Source: an uncultured Acidobacteriota bacterium (GTDB taxonomy: Bacteria > Acidobacteriota > Terriglobia > Bryobacterales > Bryobacteraceae). From it: DNA of 36,412 nt. Position 1 is the first letter of the stretch; each line of letters begins with the position of its first letter. Below the pieces are notes generated by a model. It saw only the letters and a list, made by a program, of their open reading frames with translations, was not told the DNA's origin and did not search any database. Positions 34,158 through 36,412 of the stretch are shown here, piece by piece. The stretch covers positions 1 through 36,412 of the forward strand of contig CALFYN010001033.1 of the NCBI GenBank assembly GCA_937952345.1. The letters are read 5' to 3'. The translations under genes were made by a program, and so were the position numbers.

Positions 34158-34862
34158 TCAGGCAGCCGAAGGCAGCCGGATTTCCAGGGTCAGGTTCTCT
34201 CGTTCAGGGAAGATGCGAACGTCGCCACCATGCGACTCGACAATTCGTTTGACGCTGGCAAGTCCTAAGCCTGCTCCAGGCGGTAGGTGGGTATCGAAAG
34301 GGCGGAGGAGATCGTCGCACTGTTCGCACACCGAAGCAGGCGCTTCACAGGCAAAAGTGATTACGGCACAAACGCCATCGCCGCGCATAGAAATATTGAC
34401 CGGGGCTTGGCTGCGGCCGATCTGCCGGAAGACTTGTAGAACGCTACGGAACATGTGCAGCGCCTGATTGGGATCCATAGCGACCAGCGGAAGCGGCTGC
34501 GAATCACTCCAATCCGGTTCGACGTGCTGTTCTTGGGTGAGAGCTGCGATGACACTGCTGGCGGTTTCGGCAAGGTCGAGCAGTTGGCGTCGGGGCGGCG
34601 CGGCCTGGAGGTAGTGGACGGCATCGGAGAGGATCCAACCGATCTGATGAACCATCTGCTCGATGCGATCGAGTTGTCTCAGGGCGCCGCAGTCCTCGTC
34701 TTCGAGGACCAACTTCAAATAATATGCAGAAGCCTCGATGGTGCTGAGGGGTTGGCGCAGTTCGTGAGTCAGATGCCGCACAACGGCGGCGGTGTCGAGC
34801 GGCTGCGATTCATGCTGCACATCACTCTGTTTTTCCGTGGAGTAGATTGTTGCTTGAGCCAT
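34158..34862 (-). CDS. Soluble sensor-less histidine-kinase-like protein with a degenerate ATP-binding domain
   Basis: 234 aa. H-box HLTHELRQPLSTIE and G2 box GAGLGLASVKRIVESHGG are present. The N-box Asn and the G1 DxGxG are not recognisable (SVLQVFRQIG; ITFACEAPASV). Four Cys residues cluster in CAVITFACEAPASVCEQC. No TM or sensor domain. Confidence 0.7.
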   Translation of the reverse strand: MAQATIYSTEKQSDVQHESQPLDTAAVVRHLTHELRQPLSTIEASAYYLKLVLEDEDCGALRQLDRIEQMVHQIGWILSDAVHYLQAAPPRRQLLDLAETASSVIAALTQEQHVEPDWSDSQPLPLVAMDPNQALHMFRSVLQVFRQIGRSQAPVNISMRGDGVCAVITFACEAPASVCEQCDDLLRPFDTHLPPGAGLGLASVKRIVESHGGDVRIFPERENLTLEIRLPSAA

Positions 34863-35089
34863 CCCTTGTCTTCAGTCTGCAGGCGATTGAGCTCTCGGGG
34901 GACTCTTACTTATACCCCAGCGCGAAGCTTGAGTCAACGACATTCGAACGGGGTGGGGAGAGTGTGGTGACGGTGGGATATCGTTCACGGAGCGAGTGGC
35001 TTTATTTTCCTTTGTTATTCAACAGGTTAAAGATTGCGTGGAGATGTTGGTAAAAATCGGGACGGTAATCTTCAAATAGGAGGTTATTT

Positions 35090-35608
35090 ATGTCAGCATT
35101 ACCATATCCGACCTATGGTCTGGCGAATCTGTACCTCTTTCCAGTTTACCAGACACGGGAAGAGTACCGGCAGAAGACGGGCATGGAGGCTCCGCCGTTT
35201 GATCCGGCGAAGCCGTTGAAGTCGTGGTTTGACCCAACAGCGGCGTCGAGCACGCGGCGGAAGCTGGTTTACGATAACGTGATTGCGGTGGGCGACAACG
35301 GGTCGCCACTGGCGGACGCCAATGGACAGCCGATGCTGGAGCCGCTGATGATCGACCGCGAGTTCGCGGCGGTAGTGAATATTCCGGTGAAAGATTTCAC
35401 GGGCCAGATCCAGGAAGCGCATCCGTTTGGGGTGGAGGTCCCCGTGCCGCTGCGCGCGCTTGAGCCTGGCGAGGAGCTCTTTTTCGGGTTCGGCGGCGTG
35501 GTTATGGTGCGTAATCCGAAGGAATTCGAAAAAATCGAAGTCGGGTTTCTGCACGAAGACCGGCTGCTGCTGCGGGCGATCGCCAGCAAGCTCGGCATCA
35601 CCCAGTAA
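35090..35608 (+). CDS. Hypothetical protein (172 aa), monocistronic orphan
   Basis: ATG 35090 is preceded by AGGAGG with 7-nt spacing and is followed by a hairpin terminator. No signal peptide, TM segment or recognised motif. Confidence 0.7.
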   Translation: MSALPYPTYGLANLYLFPVYQTREEYRQKTGMEAPPFDPAKPLKSWFDPTAASSTRRKLVYDNVIAVGDNGSPLADANGQPMLEPLMIDREFAAVVNIPVKDFTGQIQEAHPFGVEVPVPLRALEPGEELFFGFGGVVMVRNPKEFEKIEVGFLHEDRLLLRAIASKLGITQ

Positions 35609-35617
35609 CGGCGGGAG

Positions 35618-35653
35618 GCGGGCAGATGGTGGAACGATCCGTCTGCCCGCTTT
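35618..35653 (+). terminator. Candidate intrinsic terminator
   Basis: GCGGGCAGA (35618-35626) pairs with TCTGCCCGC (35642-35650). The stem can extend by G-U, G-C and G-C pairs to leave a 9-nt loop. It is followed by TTT, 10 nt after the stop of the 172-aa gene. Confidence 0.55.
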
Positions 35654-35664
35654 CGCGTGTTAGC

Positions 35665-36412
35665 ATGAGGCCGATGCATCGGTATATGGCGTTCCTGGCG
35701 TTTTGCATGGCTTGGCCGGTTTGGGGAGAGTTGCCGGCAAGAGAATACGAGAAGCGGGTGTCGACCGTGCGCCGGACGAAGGGATTTGCGGCGCTGTGGG
35801 ATTTCGTGAAGAGGGAAGCGAACGGGGAGCGGTTTGACGCGTGGAAACCGGAACGGGAAACGGCGGACTTGCGGCTGGATGCTTCGAATTACGTGCAGCA
35901 GTATTGGGGTGAGGGGCGGGCTGCTGCGTACAGAGATATTCCGTTGATTGCGGAGGGCCCATTCGGGCAAGCGGTGGTTTTCCGGCAGGAAAACGAGCCG
36001 GATTTTCGGCCGCTGCTGCTGGTTCCGCGGGAACGATTGCATGGAAGTATCGTGGATGTGAAGGGTCCGGGGAGGAGCGTGACGCTGGTGGTGTGGCTGA
36101 AGCGAACGGCGGAGAGCGGCACGCATGCAATTGCAGGCATTTGGCACGAGGGCACGGACCTGAAGGATCATGGGACGGCGGCGAAACGAGTAGAGCGCGG
36201 GAGAAGGCAGTATGCGCTGTTTGGCGGACTGGCGGCGAATCCAGGCGCGAGCGCGGGGCATGTTTCCAACAATGGCGCGAGTTCCTTCGGAGACAAATAT
36301 GCGCGGCACATGGCGGTGACGAAGGAGAAGATACCGCTGGGGGAATGGGCGTCGATCGCCATGGTGTTCGACAATGCCCGGGATCGGGTTACTTGCTTTG
36401 TGAATGGAAAGG
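35665..36412 (+). CDS. Secreted LamG/concanavalin-like domain protein, 3'-truncated by the window end
   Basis: This ORF is not in the supplied track because it has no stop. My own translation from ATG 35665 is open for all 249 codons to the window end. It gives a signal-like MRPMHRYMAFLAFCMAWPVWG, then VTLVVWLKR..THAIAGIWHEG and EWASIAMVFDNARDRVTCFVNGK, the typical LamG strand pattern. Confidence 0.6.
   Translation, partial: MRPMHRYMAFLAFCMAWPVWGELPAREYEKRVSTVRRTKGFAALWDFVKREANGERFDAWKPERETADLRLDASNYVQQYWGEGRAAAYRDIPLIAEGPFGQAVVFRQENEPDFRPLLLVPRERLHGSIVDVKGPGRSVTLVVWLKRTAESGTHAIAGIWHEGTDLKDHGTAAKRVERGRRQYALFGGLAANPGASAGHVSNNGASSFGDKYARHMAVTKEKIPLGEWASIAMVFDNARDRVTCFVNGK

Noticed and set aside
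35269-36309. A 346-aa minus-strand ORF is the longest tracked ORF at the right end.
   Set aside because: It is Arg/Pro/Ser-rich and overlaps both the 172-aa gene and its terminator. The opposite strand encodes a signal peptide plus a LamG-like domain with no stops.
1-36412. I scanned the whole window for rRNA, tRNA, CRISPR arrays, IS elements, integrases, prophage genes and long direct repeats.
   Set aside because: Intergenic regions are all under about 230 nt. None shows a cloverleaf-like or repeat-spacer structure, and no ORF resembles a transposase, integrase or phage structural protein.

Overview
This is a high-G+C (about 60% by eye) bacterial chromosomal window. Its gene content suggests a soil heterotroph such as Acidobacteriota or Planctomycetota, but that is inference only. 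I support about 38 protein-coding genes, one decayed gene and a few regulatory sites. I found no rRNA, tRNA, CRISPR array, transposase or integrase.

Gene order, left to right:
- A cupin pseudogene, then recX-recA.
- A small envelope/stress cluster: YtxH, a coiled-coil membrane protein, a CpsB-type phosphatase that appears to start at CTG, and a LolA-like protein.
- A PNPOx-like protein and pgm.
- A minus-strand string: 2-hydroxyacid dehydrogenase, proC, MFS transporter, sulfatase.
- A divergent ATGA-coupled operon: aminotransferase, YdiJ-like FAD/Fe-S dehydrogenase, anion permease.
- An orphan three-gene operon of unrecognisable proteins (16970..19300).
- A periplasmic sugar-oxidation group: Tat-signal Gfo/Idh/MocA, YjhG/YagF-type dehydratase, DUF1080, Kelch/NanM-like.
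- An ECF sigma/anti-sigma pair and a pseudo-receiver.
- A TetR-controlled TolC-HlyD-ABC-ABC2 (YbhGFSR-like) operon whose last, overlap-coupled cistron is a secreted GH33 sialidase.
- A degenerate soluble histidine kinase, an orphan 172-aa gene, and a LamG-like ORF that runs off the window end.

The best candidate for an undescribed system is the 126/445/198-aa operon at 16970..19300. The large protein has a C-terminal Cys-His-Asp arrangement reminiscent of transglutaminase/papain-fold enzymes, and its gene has visibly lower G+C than its neighbours. All functional calls rest on motif recognition by eye, because no searches could be run.
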